64,000 nt of DNA from an uncultured Candidatus Micrarchaeota archaeon (GCA_963741095.1 CAVUGN010000002.1:201546-265545), one strand, 5' to 3'. Shown: positions 45,680 through 56,336, numbered from the stretch's first letter. Program-made: numbers and translations. The notes: generated by a model from the sequence alone, not told the origin.

Positions 45680-46015
45680 CATGCGCACTTGGACGAGCTC
45701 GTCCAGCCTCTGCATCCTGGCCTTTCTGCTGCTGACGATCCTTTTAGGCCGCTGCCTCAGGGCGTGCGCTCTTATGCTCGGGCGTCTGGCTCCGATCCTT
45801 CCTCCATTGTGCTGCGCAAGCTCTATGTCCGAGCTGTCTATCAGGCTCTTCCTGCCCGCATAGCTGGCGTACATGCTTGCCTCATCGACCAACTCCTTGA
45901 CCGTGTCCTCTATCTCCTTCTCAAGGCTTATCACCGCCTTCTCGTTGATCCGCTCGGCTCCAGCTTCCCTAAGGAATTGTTCAATATCATAAAGGCTGAA
46001 CTCTCTCTTCTTCAT
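45668..46015 (-). CDS. Archaeal histone-fold protein with Arg-rich C-terminal extension
   Basis: AGAERI..A...L.........A...A.YAGRKS.I...DIELA HMf-like fold followed by a 48-aa tail. Confidence 0.85.
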   Translation of the reverse strand: MKKREFSLYDIEQFLREAGAERINEKAVISLEKEIEDTVKELVDEASMYASYAGRKSLIDSSDIELAQHNGGRIGARRPSIRAHALRQRPKRIVSSRKARMQRLDELVQVRMLEQ

Positions 46016-46224
46016 AACTTACCCACCAAGGGAATCATTATCCCAAGTAAACGCTATAAATAGCCCTGTTTTCTCCCGATTAGTGGCACTCCTGCTGCGC
46101 TGCAACCGAGTCTGAAAGTGAACCTTTATATATCTTAATCTAATTCCAGCCCGCATTGCTCCGTTCAGGTTCTTACGCGTTCATCGTGGCTGGGTTTTTT
46201 ACTGTTTTCAGCCACTATAATACC

Positions 46225-47079
46225 ATGATAAAGCTGGGTTTCCACATGTCCATCGCCGGCTCCGTGGCGAACGCGCCAAGAGCAGCCGCAGAGATGGGTT
46301 ACGGCGACTTCCAGATGTTCACAACCAGCGCGAGAGCGTGGGCGAACACGCAGATACCTGAAAAGGACCGCCTTGAATTCATCGAGCTGAACAAGAAGCA
46401 CTCATTGACCCCTTTTGCACACATACCATACCTGTGCAACGTAGCATCGACAAATCCATTGGTGTATGAAAAGAGCAAGGCGATGCTGATCGACAACATA
46501 AGGAACTGCATGTCCCTTGAGATTGGCGGCTTGGTGATACATCTCGGCTCGCATCTGGGCAAAGGCGCAAAGTACGGCATCGAGAATGTCTGCAATGCCC
46601 TCAGCTATGCGCTTGACCGGACGAGCAAGGTCGAGATACTTCTTGAGAACACCTCCGGTTACAAGAACAGCGTCGGATCGAAGCTTGATGAGATCGGCAC
46701 CATAATAGACCGCCTGGGCAGCGACCGCATCGGCGTCTGTTTCGATACGTGCCACGCATTTGCCGCGGGCTACGATCTTAGGACCAAAGGCGAAGTTGAA
46801 AGAGTGGCGGACGAGTTCATTTCGCACATCGGCGCAAAGAAACTCAGGCTCATACACCTTAACGATGCCAAATTCCCGCTTGGCAGCGGCCTAGACCGCC
46901 ACTGGAACATCGGGAAGGGTCACATAGGCAGGGATGGATTCGTAAACTTCTTCCAAAACAAGCTTTTCGGCCACGGCTTCTTCGTTCTTGAGACGCCAAT
47001 GAGCGAGGACGGCAACAGCGAGACGGACATGGCTGAGACAAAGAGCATAATAAAGGCGGCAACCGGAGTCAGCCCATAA
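46225..47079 (+). CDS. nfo: Endonuclease IV
   Basis: LGFHMSIAG, H.PYL.N, LLEN, CFDTCHAFAAG, HLND, DRH..IG.G.IG and LETP. Confidence 0.95.
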   Translation: MIKLGFHMSIAGSVANAPRAAAEMGYGDFQMFTTSARAWANTQIPEKDRLEFIELNKKHSLTPFAHIPYLCNVASTNPLVYEKSKAMLIDNIRNCMSLEIGGLVIHLGSHLGKGAKYGIENVCNALSYALDRTSKVEILLENTSGYKNSVGSKLDEIGTIIDRLGSDRIGVCFDTCHAFAAGYDLRTKGEVERVADEFISHIGAKKLRLIHLNDAKFPLGSGLDRHWNIGKGHIGRDGFVNFFQNKLFGHGFFVLETPMSEDGNSETDMAETKSIIKAATGVSP

Positions 47080-48067
47080 CAAAGACAAAATGCAGGAGCG
47101 CGTAGGCGATCACAACAACCATTGCAAGGCTGACGTTGTCATCAAGCTTTATATCAACACTCTCAACAATCGCGAGCAGCGCGCCCAAACCAATCGCCGT
47201 AAAACCTATAAGCGGATAACCCAACAACGCGGTCACAAGGAAAAAAGCAAGACTTCCAAAGACGCTCTTTTTCTTGTTGTACGGCAGTTTCACTTGATCA
47301 AAATTGACGCCCACGATGGTCGCTATCGAATCCGCAAAAAATAGCGTTACAAGGCCGAACATCATGAACGCCTGATTGCTCACGAAACCCACCATCATCG
47401 CGGTGCCTGCGGCCATGTACAACGCGCCCGAACCATAAACAACCCCGGAACGCTCCAATCTAGAGTCCAGGATCCTGTACACGCCTCTGAGCCTCCTTTC
47501 GCTTGAAAGGTCGTTGACAACGTAACCAAGGATTATCAGTGCGAACACGATCGCGACGGCGGTGCTGGACTTCAGGAATATGAGTATGGCCAATACCACC
47601 AAACCCAGCGCTATTTGTATTATATCCCGGTGCACCTCCTTGGCTTTATCCTTGTTCACCGTCTTCATCCCTCTTTTCTGAAGGCTGTCCCGATAGACCA
47701 AGCCGTACATGGTCGAGAGGCCGAACACACCCACCGGCGCGAATCCGCCGAAATTGCCGTAGCAATAGACCAGAAAGCCCACGAGCATCAGCACCGTTAG
47801 CGCGATGAACGCCTTCGGCCTTAGCATGTACATCTGCACGAGCACGGTTGCGAGGAGTGCAATGCCATACTCTATCCCAAGAAGGTAATAGCCTCCAGCA
47901 AGCTGCTGTTGCCATAGAAGATAGATCGCAGACACCGTAACGATGGCCGCAAGCGCGGGCAGCAGGTCCATTGCCCTTTTCTTTGCCACGAGCCATGCGA
48001 AGTAGGCTGACGACGAGACGAGCGCAGCCGCAAAGAAGATCAAGGAATAAGCGATGTCCATAATCAT
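47069..48067 (-). CDS. Dolichol/phytol kinase-like membrane protein (CTP-dependent)
   Basis: E.HR..I, ADS.AT.VG, KKS..GSLAFF and DDN motifs. Confidence 0.8.
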   Translation of the reverse strand: MIMDIAYSLIFFAAALVSSSAYFAWLVAKKRAMDLLPALAAIVTVSAIYLLWQQQLAGGYYLLGIEYGIALLATVLVQMYMLRPKAFIALTVLMLVGFLVYCYGNFGGFAPVGVFGLSTMYGLVYRDSLQKRGMKTVNKDKAKEVHRDIIQIALGLVVLAILIFLKSSTAVAIVFALIILGYVVNDLSSERRLRGVYRILDSRLERSGVVYGSGALYMAAGTAMMVGFVSNQAFMMFGLVTLFFADSIATIVGVNFDQVKLPYNKKKSVFGSLAFFLVTALLGYPLIGFTAIGLGALLAIVESVDIKLDDNVSLAMVVVIAYALLHFVFVMG

Positions 48068-48084
48068 GCATGGGTTGTTTTCGT

Positions 48085-49044
48085 TTATAAGCGTTGATGT
48101 GCTGCGTTATCCTTGTTGTGCAGGTACTCCTCGACTATCTCCTTCGCGGCTTTTTCATAACCAACTTTCGGTTCGAAACCCAGCTCCCTCTTCGCCTTGG
48201 AGATGTCGAAAGTCCTGTTGTCCGTTATCCTTGTAATGTGCTCCGGCACCAGCCTCGACTTTTTGCCGGTCATCCTGGCCTCAAACATCCTATAGTACGC
48301 CAGAGTTTTTGCGACCGTTTTGGGGATCTTCTTCTTGGGTGATTCAACTTTCAAGTACTTTGCGAGCAGCGAGAGCAACTCGCTCTGCGTCATGATCTCT
48401 TTCCCTCCGACGAGATACGCCTCGCCTGGCTTGCCACTGTCCTTCGCCAGCAGCAGCGCTTCGATAAGGTCGCTTATGTGTATCCACTGTATCCTGTTCT
48501 CCCCGTTTCCTATCAGCTGCATGCGTCCCTTCTCAAGTTGCGACAGGACAAAATCGAAGCCCTGGTCGAAACCATGGCCGAATATCGGGGGCGACCTGAT
48601 CACCATGCCTCCCTTCTGCAAGACCATCTTCTCGGCCATCATCTTTGTCTTCCCATAGTAGCTGTGGGGATTGTACCCTGTCGTCTCGTTCGCGGGGTTC
48701 TCTTTCATGTTCTTACCGTAGACCCCCGTGGTGGACAGATAAATGAACTTCTTTCCGTCGAAGTGCTCAAGAAGGACTTTGGTCCCAATGACATTCACAT
48801 TGTACATGACCTCGTCCGGAACCGGAAAATAATCAACAATCGCTGCCAGGTGGTAGACGACATCAACGTCCTTCATCGCCCTTTCCACTGTTTCCGTATC
48901 GAGGATGTCTCCCTGCACCACCTCGATGCCTTCCAGCTTTGCGCCCTCCCTTTTTTCCAACGCCCTGACCTTCTCCTTCCTCTCCAGCAATGCCGCGACA
49001 AGCGCGCTGCCCACACGGCCCATAGAACCAGTTACAAGTATCAT
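48085..49044 (-). CDS. NAD-dependent epimerase/dehydratase (extended SDR)
   Basis: ILVTGSMGRVG, YHLAA, NV.GT and YGKTK; start MILVTG at 49044. Confidence 0.92.
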   Translation of the reverse strand: MILVTGSMGRVGSALVAALLERKEKVRALEKREGAKLEGIEVVQGDILDTETVERAMKDVDVVYHLAAIVDYFPVPDEVMYNVNVIGTKVLLEHFDGKKFIYLSTTGVYGKNMKENPANETTGYNPHSYYGKTKMMAEKMVLQKGGMVIRSPPIFGHGFDQGFDFVLSQLEKGRMQLIGNGENRIQWIHISDLIEALLLAKDSGKPGEAYLVGGKEIMTQSELLSLLAKYLKVESPKKKIPKTVAKTLAYYRMFEARMTGKKSRLVPEHITRITDNRTFDISKAKRELGFEPKVGYEKAAKEIVEEYLHNKDNAAHQRL

Positions 49045-49073
49045 AAGATTACCCTGGCATGCGCGCGCATGCC

Positions 49074-50924
49074 CTACACTATCAGTATAACCCAGGCCGC
49101 AACTATAAAACCAAGCGCTGCGAGTATCGGCACGAGCACCCTCGCCATCTCGATCACCGAAGCCGCAACGACCGTCAGCCTTTCCTTCACGTTTGGGCCC
49201 CACACCATGAACTCCTTCATCACGTCCCTCTTGTGGTAGACGCTGACCGGCGCCACGTCAAGCATCGCCTTCTCGACCACCTCGTCGACCGCATCCATGA
49301 GCCTCTTCCGGTTCACGTGCCTCCCTAGCACGTTGCCCTCTATCGCCCCGGGCGAATTAACCGCATGGGTGTCCGTGGTGTACACCTCGACGTCAGTCCT
49401 GAACTTCCTCTTGACGTGCTCCACTATATCATTCCTCAAATTCGGAAGCATGTTGTTGCAGTTGAACTGCAGCATGGTGTACTTGAATCCATTGAACGAG
49501 AACACCGCTGCATTGAGGTTGCCTTCGGCAAGATCTCGCGGTCTGCCCAGCCGGTTGTAAAGTTCTGTGCTGTAAGCGCCAACCCGTATGCCGCTGCTCT
49601 TGTGCTGCGGCTTTCCTGAAAGCGCTATCGCCTTTTCATACTCACCGACAATGGGCGAATCAGGATTGACGCAGTCCAGTTCATTTTTCGGCGCGGTTTC
49701 GTACCTGGAGTTGTGCGCATCTATCAGTATGGCCGCATCGGTGCCCTGCTCTATTATGCCCTTAAACAGATAGGCAACTTCCGGAGCGATATCCTCTGTA
49801 ACGTGCGGCGCCCTTGTCAGCGTGACGAGCTGTATGTTGTCCAGCCACAGCCTTATGGCAAAAGAGTTCCCGTACTTTGACCGCGAGAAGAGCATCCCAG
49901 GGCCTTTAGCGGCCTTCACCGCGCTTTTGACGCTGTTGTCAAAGGTGCTCTGGAACCGGCCGAACTGGTTTATCGATATCGGATTGTGATCGAGGTTCAC
50001 CGGCTTGTGCATCACGAAGGTCACTGCATGGTACTTCAGCATGGAGTGCTTCTCAAGCATGAATGGGAAATTGCTGCCCGCAATGGTGCCGGAAGGCCCA
50101 TAGTGTATGTCCGGCGCGAAGAATATCACCTTTATCCTGCCGCTCTTGTCCTTCATGACCACGGTGTCTGTGCTTATGTCCGTGGGCACCCCAAGCTTGC
50201 CGCCGAACGTGGTGGATATGTTTATATCGAAGAGCCAGTTCTGCATCATCTGCGATACCGCTTCGAGCCCGTGGAAGCCGCCCAGCCCCTTTTCTATAGG
50301 CTTGTCGAACACGAACAGTATGGCGTAGGTCACCACGAGGAAGACGAAGATGCCCGCGTACAGCTTTATGAGAAGTATGTACAACGGGGTCGAGAAGGAA
50401 AATATGAAGGTGCTGTAAGGTATGTAGAGCAGTATGTTGAGGGTCGGCTGAATGAGCGCGAGCAGTATCGCCTTCTTCTTCTGCCCGAGCACGAACTTCG
50501 CGGCGAAGACCCACCACGCGAATATGCTTGCATCCCCGACAAGTATGACCACGCTGGCTATGGTGTACGCGTTGCCGAAAGCGTAGGCCGCACTGCCAAG
50601 CAGTATGAAAAGGGAATACACCACCGTACCTATCATGGTGAGGAAGAACACGTACTTCAGGGCAACGTAGCGCTTCAGCGCCTTGAAGACTATTATCGTC
50701 AGCAGCGTGGGCAGAGTTATTATGAGGATGCCCGTTGTGGTGCCGTTGACTATCACATAGGACAGCCTCGTGCCCACCGTTTTGATGTTGAGCAGGGCCA
50801 CGGCCGTCATCCCTATCGCAAGGCTGAAGAAGATAAGAAGCACGAAAAGCGCAGACGCTTTGGGTATGCTCCTGTAGAAGAACGGGTTCACTTCCTTGAA
50901 GAAATCTCTATACTTTGAGGGCAT
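49074..50924 (-). CDS. DUF2070-family membrane protein
   Basis: N-terminal TM bundle; P.IH.GP...GS, IDAHN, NNM and TTDTH.VN motifs. Confidence 0.85.
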   Translation of the reverse strand: MPSKYRDFFKEVNPFFYRSIPKASALFVLLIFFSLAIGMTAVALLNIKTVGTRLSYVIVNGTTTGILIITLPTLLTIIVFKALKRYVALKYVFFLTMIGTVVYSLFILLGSAAYAFGNAYTIASVVILVGDASIFAWWVFAAKFVLGQKKKAILLALIQPTLNILLYIPYSTFIFSFSTPLYILLIKLYAGIFVFLVVTYAILFVFDKPIEKGLGGFHGLEAVSQMMQNWLFDINISTTFGGKLGVPTDISTDTVVMKDKSGRIKVIFFAPDIHYGPSGTIAGSNFPFMLEKHSMLKYHAVTFVMHKPVNLDHNPISINQFGRFQSTFDNSVKSAVKAAKGPGMLFSRSKYGNSFAIRLWLDNIQLVTLTRAPHVTEDIAPEVAYLFKGIIEQGTDAAILIDAHNSRYETAPKNELDCVNPDSPIVGEYEKAIALSGKPQHKSSGIRVGAYSTELYNRLGRPRDLAEGNLNAAVFSFNGFKYTMLQFNCNNMLPNLRNDIVEHVKRKFRTDVEVYTTDTHAVNSPGAIEGNVLGRHVNRKRLMDAVDEVVEKAMLDVAPVSVYHKRDVMKEFMVWGPNVKERLTVVAASVIEMARVLVPILAALGFIVAAWVILIV

Positions 50925-50936
50925 CTAAACACAAAC

Positions 50937-51659
50937 CTATTTGCCGAATCTCCTCTTCCTCTTGGCGAAAACGTTCAACGCCCTGACCAGGTCCTCCCTC
51001 TCGAAGTCCGGCCAGTACTTCTTCGCGAAGTACAGCTCAGAATAGCTCGATTGAATGGGCAAGAATCCCGAGAGCCTCATCTCTCCGGACGTCCTTATTA
51101 TCAAGTCGACGTCCGGTATGGCCGCGGTCCTTATGTGCTGCCTGATAAATTCTTCGTCAACGCTGACCAGGCTGCGGTTCATGACTCCGCTGCACAGCTT
51201 CCTGAATGCGTAAAGAAGATCGTCCCTGCCACCATAGCCAACGAGTAGGTTTATCGTAAAGTCCTTGTAAGTCTTGGTCTTGTTCTCCAGATGCCTGAAC
51301 GCCTTTATCACCTTGACCGGCAGCACGCTCAGGTTGCCCACGATTATGACCTTCGCGCCATTCTTCCTGAGCGTCTCCAGGATCTTCGGATCATTGGCAA
51401 CGTTTATGTACACCTTGTACAACGCCGCGAGCTCGCTCTTGCTCCTGTTCCTTATGTTCTCGGTCGAGAGCGCCCAGACCGTCAGGGTCTTTATCCCGAA
51501 GCTCTTCGCCCACACGCTGAAATCCGCGAATTTCTTAGCCCCCCGGTCATAGCCTTTCAGGAGTTCGAACCGGTGCAGAAATGACCAGCGCCTGTTCCCG
51601 TCAGGTATGAGCGCGACGTGGCTGGGGACCGAACGCACTCTAGCACTAGATTTTACCAT
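50937..51659 (-). CDS. uppS: cis-prenyltransferase (UppS family)
   Basis: HVALIPDGNRRW, LSTEN..R, YGGR, DLIIRTSGE.RLSGF and RRFGK. Confidence 0.95.
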   Translation of the reverse strand: MVKSSARVRSVPSHVALIPDGNRRWSFLHRFELLKGYDRGAKKFADFSVWAKSFGIKTLTVWALSTENIRNRSKSELAALYKVYINVANDPKILETLRKNGAKVIIVGNLSVLPVKVIKAFRHLENKTKTYKDFTINLLVGYGGRDDLLYAFRKLCSGVMNRSLVSVDEEFIRQHIRTAAIPDVDLIIRTSGEMRLSGFLPIQSSYSELYFAKKYWPDFEREDLVRALNVFAKRKRRFGK

Positions 51660-51837
51660 TGGCGCACCACAAAACAGGTTTGTAGTCATTACTATTATCC
51701 AAGACTCTTTAAATAACTTATCCTGGGGCGAAACCGCGCCGTGGACACGACGTCTTTAAATAATTCTAACCGCCATGCGCAGGTATAAATATTTTCAAAA
51801 GAATGCATTAATGCAAGGGGCAAAATCTCTGGTTTGC

Positions 51838-53076
51838 ATGCAAAAGCAATACGATCTCTACGAGATCTCCTCGCTGCGGGAGATAATCGGCAACGACGAC
51901 GCCATTCGCAGATTGGTGGGTTTCTCCAGCGACATAGACGACGGGAAAACCAGGACGCCGCTCCTCATTTTCGGCCCTCCGGGCACCGGCAAAACCGCCG
52001 CAATCCACGCGCTTGCAAGGGAACGCGGATGGAACGTTGTCGAGCTCAACGCGAGCGACTACAGGGACCGGGAGAGCATAGAAAAGAACCTTGTTGCCGC
52101 ATCCAAATCGAGAACGCTGTTCCACGAGCGCAACCTCATACTGCTTGACGAGATAGACGAGCTCGCGCCACGTTTCGACAAGGGCGCCGGAGCCGCCATA
52201 GCCGGACTGATTGCAAACTCAAAGAACCCGGTCATACTGATAGCGAACGACATGTGGGACCAGAGCATATCCTTCCTCCGGGGGAAGGTAGAGCCCGTGG
52301 AGTTCAAGCGGCTTGCGCCACTCACGATAGCGAGGGTCATATCAAACATCTGCAAGAAATTCTCCATAACGCTTGACGCAGAGGTCGCGGACATAATAGC
52401 GAACAGGTCGAACGGGGACGCCAGGAGCGCGATCAACGACGTGTCGGTCATGATGGACTCGAAGGACGACATCACCGAGGTCATAGGCCTGAGGGACAGG
52501 AAGGTCGATGTCTTCAGGGTGCTGGACAAGATATTCCTCACTGATGCAAGCAGGGCGATGGATTCGCAGCTCAGGTCGATACCAAACACCGACCTCACCA
52601 ACGAGATGCTGATCAACTGGATAGACGAGAACGTGCCCAAGAGGTACGTGCGCAAGGAGGAGATGAAAAGGGCATTCGATTCCCTGTCGCGAGCATCGAT
52701 GTTCTCAACAAGGGCCGCCAGGTCGCAGTATTACACCTACTGGAGATACATGAACGTGTTCATGCTCAGCGGCGTCGCTCTGTCGAAGAAGGGCGCTCCG
52801 GAAACGCGGGAGCGCTACACCTTCCCTAAATTCATAAAGGATCTCAGCACCTCAAAGACCGAGCGCAGGAAAGAGATAGAGATCGCGGAGAAGCTGCAGA
52901 GGCACTTCCATTCCAGCGTGAGCAGCATAAGGAACAACGAGATGAGGGTGCTGGCAAAGATCATCAAGGGCATGCGGGCTGATGGCGTGGCCAAAGGAGA
53001 ACTTGAGGACGAGTTCATGCGGCGCTTCCAGCTCGACGAGAAGGAAGTGGAGTACGTTGCCGGAATGCACGGCTAA
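51838..53076 (+). CDS. rfcL: Replication factor C large subunit
   Basis: GPPGTGKT, ELNASD.R, LLDEID, GDARSAIND and WIDEN; start uncertain. Confidence 0.92.
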   Translation: MQKQYDLYEISSLREIIGNDDAIRRLVGFSSDIDDGKTRTPLLIFGPPGTGKTAAIHALARERGWNVVELNASDYRDRESIEKNLVAASKSRTLFHERNLILLDEIDELAPRFDKGAGAAIAGLIANSKNPVILIANDMWDQSISFLRGKVEPVEFKRLAPLTIARVISNICKKFSITLDAEVADIIANRSNGDARSAINDVSVMMDSKDDITEVIGLRDRKVDVFRVLDKIFLTDASRAMDSQLRSIPNTDLTNEMLINWIDENVPKRYVRKEEMKRAFDSLSRASMFSTRAARSQYYTYWRYMNVFMLSGVALSKKGAPETRERYTFPKFIKDLSTSKTERRKEIEIAEKLQRHFHSSVSSIRNNEMRVLAKIIKGMRADGVAKGELEDEFMRRFQLDEKEVEYVAGMHG

Positions 53077-54476
53077 ACCGCCTTCACGCCAAACTCGGTC
53101 AGCAGGGCCTTCATGACCTCCTGCGTTCCTTTCTCCCCGATCCTTATGCTCGCGGCCTCGCTGTGCCCTCCGCCTGAAAGCACATCTCCTGATTCTTTCA
53201 TCCTTTCTATAATCTCAAGAAGCCTGATCTTTTTTGATATGTCCCTGCTCTCCCTTATCGAGATGTAGTTGCCGTAGTGTATCACCGTTATGGTGCTGCC
53301 GTTGTTCAATGCCTCCATGTGCGCCTGCAGCTTCGAGCTGTACCTGCCCGGCAACGGATAACTGTAGCCAAGCTTCGCGATGTGGCTGAAGTCGAGCACG
53401 TGCACGTTCACCGGACCGCTCCTGTAGCTCCGTATGTTCTTCAATCCCACGTTCAGCGCCTCGTCGAGCAGCTTGGTCGCGAAGCCGAACACCTCCTCGA
53501 ACCTTTCATTGTCGTTGATTATGCTCTCCACCTGCTTCGGGGTCGTCCCCTGGCTGTCGTACCTGCTCTTCCCCGAGGTGAGGAAGTCCATGACCAAGGC
53601 CAGCTTGTACGCCCTTTTGTTGCCCAGATCGGCGTACTCGCTGTAGTCGCTTATCAGCGAAGACTGCTTCAGCAATTCAACGTCGACGTCGCTTATGACC
53701 TGCGCGAACACGCAGGTCAGCAGGCCTGCCGTGGTGTTCGAATCCCCGCCGAAGCCCCACGAATTCATGTAGTGCCTCGTGAGGTCTTTCGGGAACCCCT
53801 CATACGGCAGGTGATGGTCCAGCCACACCAGCTCGCACTGGTCCTTTATCCTGTTTATCGCGTCCATGCTCTCCGGCGACGTGCCGAAGTCGGTTATCAG
53901 CAGCAGCGGCTTCTCGATGCTCCTGTAGGAGCCGAAGAGCATGCCGTCCCCGTACATTGATTCGACGGTGTATGCTATGCTCCTGTTCATGTGCCACAGA
54001 ACGCTACGCTCGTTGACGAAGAGCTTCTCCTGCAGCGCCATGACCGACCTGTACAGCGCCGTGGCCCCGCTTGTCCCGTCGCCGTCGTTGTGGAACCTGA
54101 TGACCATCGGTGCGCCAGAGGCGAAGCAGCGTCCGAATGTCTTTGCGGCGTCGACGAGCCTGGGCATGGCCTTGGAAATGACGCCGCTGTACCTCTTGTC
54201 ATCAAGGCCTATCTTCTTCAGGTTTGCTTCTATGCCCATCCGGTCGACGAGCCTCCCCATCACCGCTTCATAATCGTCCTTGCCCGAGCCCTTTATCTCC
54301 ACATCGCCGCACACGTCCGCCTCGGCCATGTCAAACGATACCTTGTCGTAAAGATCAAGCACGAGCTTGCTCCTGATCTGGACAACCCGGTCGGAAACGA
54401 CGGTGTAGAGGTTATCGGCGGGCCTGACCGATGCCTTTATCGAAGAGACTATGCCATCCATTCGCCGTTTTTCCAT
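53073..54476 (-). CDS. DHH-family phosphoesterase (RecJ-like)
   Basis: HNDGDG, TDFG, LDHH and the C-terminal DHHA1 motif GGGH..AA. Confidence 0.85.
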   Translation of the reverse strand: MEKRRMDGIVSSIKASVRPADNLYTVVSDRVVQIRSKLVLDLYDKVSFDMAEADVCGDVEIKGSGKDDYEAVMGRLVDRMGIEANLKKIGLDDKRYSGVISKAMPRLVDAAKTFGRCFASGAPMVIRFHNDGDGTSGATALYRSVMALQEKLFVNERSVLWHMNRSIAYTVESMYGDGMLFGSYRSIEKPLLLITDFGTSPESMDAINRIKDQCELVWLDHHLPYEGFPKDLTRHYMNSWGFGGDSNTTAGLLTCVFAQVISDVDVELLKQSSLISDYSEYADLGNKRAYKLALVMDFLTSGKSRYDSQGTTPKQVESIINDNERFEEVFGFATKLLDEALNVGLKNIRSYRSGPVNVHVLDFSHIAKLGYSYPLPGRYSSKLQAHMEALNNGSTITVIHYGNYISIRESRDISKKIRLLEIIERMKESGDVLSGGGHSEAASIRIGEKGTQEVMKALLTEFGVKAV

Positions 54477-54505
54477 GCCATCAACTTTTCAATGCCGTGA
54501 GCAGA

Positions 54506-55618
54506 TCATGAAGTCTTGTTGCCGTTCGTGGCGCCGAAGTAGCACTGCTGCTCCTCGGTCGAATTGACGATGTACGAGCAGACGGTTGCGTTCGCGTATT
54601 TCACCGCGTAGGCGTTTATGCAGACCGACACATAATACTCGGAAGGCGCGAGCATGCATTTCGATACGTTCTTCGTGCTGGTGGCCTCGGAAGTGAGGAG
54701 ACCTGCTGTGCACAGGTCGCCGAGGCTGCTGTTCTGGCTCATCGCCACCGCACACGCATCCACGCCGCCCGTGGCGTTGACGGTTGCGTTGTTGTGGCTA
54801 AAAGCCATATCGCATTCATCTCTGAGCACGCCTCCGACCTGCGAGCACCCGGTGCTGTTGCCCGTGAGTACCGACAGGTAATAATTGCAGAAGTTCCGCG
54901 GCGAGGTGTTCAGGGACGCGTACTCCACCCTCATGCCGTTCGCGTAGCTCGTGAGATTGCTGTTCAGCATGAGCGACATCACGGTGTAATTGGTCACGTT
55001 CGGGAGGAAGGAGCAGTTGGCCATCGAGCCAGATTTCAGTGCGCTGCCGTAATAATGCAGGTACGTGCACTCTAGCCCGACGGTCTTGTTCCGTATGCTG
55101 TTGCAAAGCGCGAGGCTGCTGAACTTTCTTGCCTCGGACAGGTTGAACTCACATGACGACTGGTCGGTGTAGTTGAGCAGTTGGCAGTAGCTCTCATCCC
55201 CGGTGCTCATGCTCACGTTCAGCACGCAGTCTGGATAGTATGCGCTAGTGCTGTTCAATTCGTTGCACAGGCTTATGTTGCCCTCCGCTTCGGCTATGCC
55301 CTCCAGGCAGGAATACCGCTCATCCTGCGATGTTATGAGGCCGCATATCGGTACATTATCGGTTGTGCTTGCCAGTGCATGAAGGCACATGTCCCTCTGG
55401 TTCTGTATGAGTATGCCTGTGCACCTTCCAAGCGCGGACCCGCTGCCTCCGAAAACAAGCGCGACGATCGCGAGCAGCACGATGCCGACGGTGATCACCG
55501 CGAGGACGAGCCTAGTCTCATGCTCGCTCAGCATCCGGCCCTTCTCCTTGCTGTCTTCGGCTACCTCCTTGCCGTTATCGCCTCTTTCGAAGAAAGCGAC
55601 CATCGCATCATTGCTCAA
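54506..55618 (-). CDS. Single-TM protein with extracellular Cys-rich helical repeats
   Basis: One TM, then repeated C..(I/L).......C...(L/I)A.......C units and many N-x-S/T sequons. Confidence 0.8.
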   Translation of the reverse strand: MSNDAMVAFFERGDNGKEVAEDSKEKGRMLSEHETRLVLAVITVGIVLLAIVALVFGGSGSALGRCTGILIQNQRDMCLHALASTTDNVPICGLITSQDERYSCLEGIAEAEGNISLCNELNSTSAYYPDCVLNVSMSTGDESYCQLLNYTDQSSCEFNLSEARKFSSLALCNSIRNKTVGLECTYLHYYGSALKSGSMANCSFLPNVTNYTVMSLMLNSNLTSYANGMRVEYASLNTSPRNFCNYYLSVLTGNSTGCSQVGGVLRDECDMAFSHNNATVNATGGVDACAVAMSQNSSLGDLCTAGLLTSEATSTKNVSKCMLAPSEYYVSVCINAYAVKYANATVCSYIVNSTEEQQCYFGATNGNKTS

Positions 55619-56336
55619 TCGTGAAAACCTTGAAGCCGTGCGAGGTTATCTCATAGGGCGAGAGCGCCCAGCTGTGGTTGCTGCCTCTCATCTTCACGAC
55701 TTCCATCGTGAGGACCCTCTTGTCCTCCTGCCCGCTCTGGTACATCATTATCACTCCGTCAAAGATGAAGAACTCCTGGCTGAACCTGAGTTCCTCCCTC
55801 TCCGAAGTCATTATGTCGGAAGTCAGTATGGCCGTGACACCCAGCCTGCGCAGGTTCGATATCATCGCCACCATCGATCTCCTCCAGGAGAGCTTGTTGT
55901 TCATCATCAGCTTTATCACGGAGAGCGAGTCTATGGCCAGCACCTTCGCGTTGTTCGTCCTGATGACCCCCTCGATGTAGGAGACCATGTTGCCGAAGGA
56001 ATAATCATCCGGGTATGCCTGCGAAAAGACGTCGGAGGCCGGCTCCTTGCCATCCACAATGAAAAGTCCTTTCTTTATCAGTTCGTCCAGGTCTGTGAAT
56101 TCCACGAAGGTCTTCTTCACATTGTCCAGCAGCTTCGCCGGGTGCTCATCGAACGTTATGAACGCGACGGGTATCCCTTTCTTTGCGTTGCGGTAGAGTA
56201 TCTCAAACGACAGGAGCGTCTTGCCCGAACCTGGGCCACCGGCTATGATGGTCTGATTTCCAGCCGGAACCCCTCCAAAAAGTATGGAATCGAGCCCGAC
56301 AATCCCAGTCTTTACCTTCCCAGTTTCATCGCTCAT
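55608..56336 (-). CDS. Single-domain KaiC/RAD55-like ATPase
   Basis: KTGI.GLD..L.GG, GGPGSGKT, IDSLS and VVKMRGS.H. Confidence 0.92.
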   Translation of the reverse strand: MSDETGKVKTGIVGLDSILFGGVPAGNQTIIAGGPGSGKTLLSFEILYRNAKKGIPVAFITFDEHPAKLLDNVKKTFVEFTDLDELIKKGLFIVDGKEPASDVFSQAYPDDYSFGNMVSYIEGVIRTNNAKVLAIDSLSVIKLMMNNKLSWRRSMVAMISNLRRLGVTAILTSDIMTSEREELRFSQEFFIFDGVIMMYQSGQEDKRVLTMEVVKMRGSNHSWALSPYEITSHGFKVFTIEQ

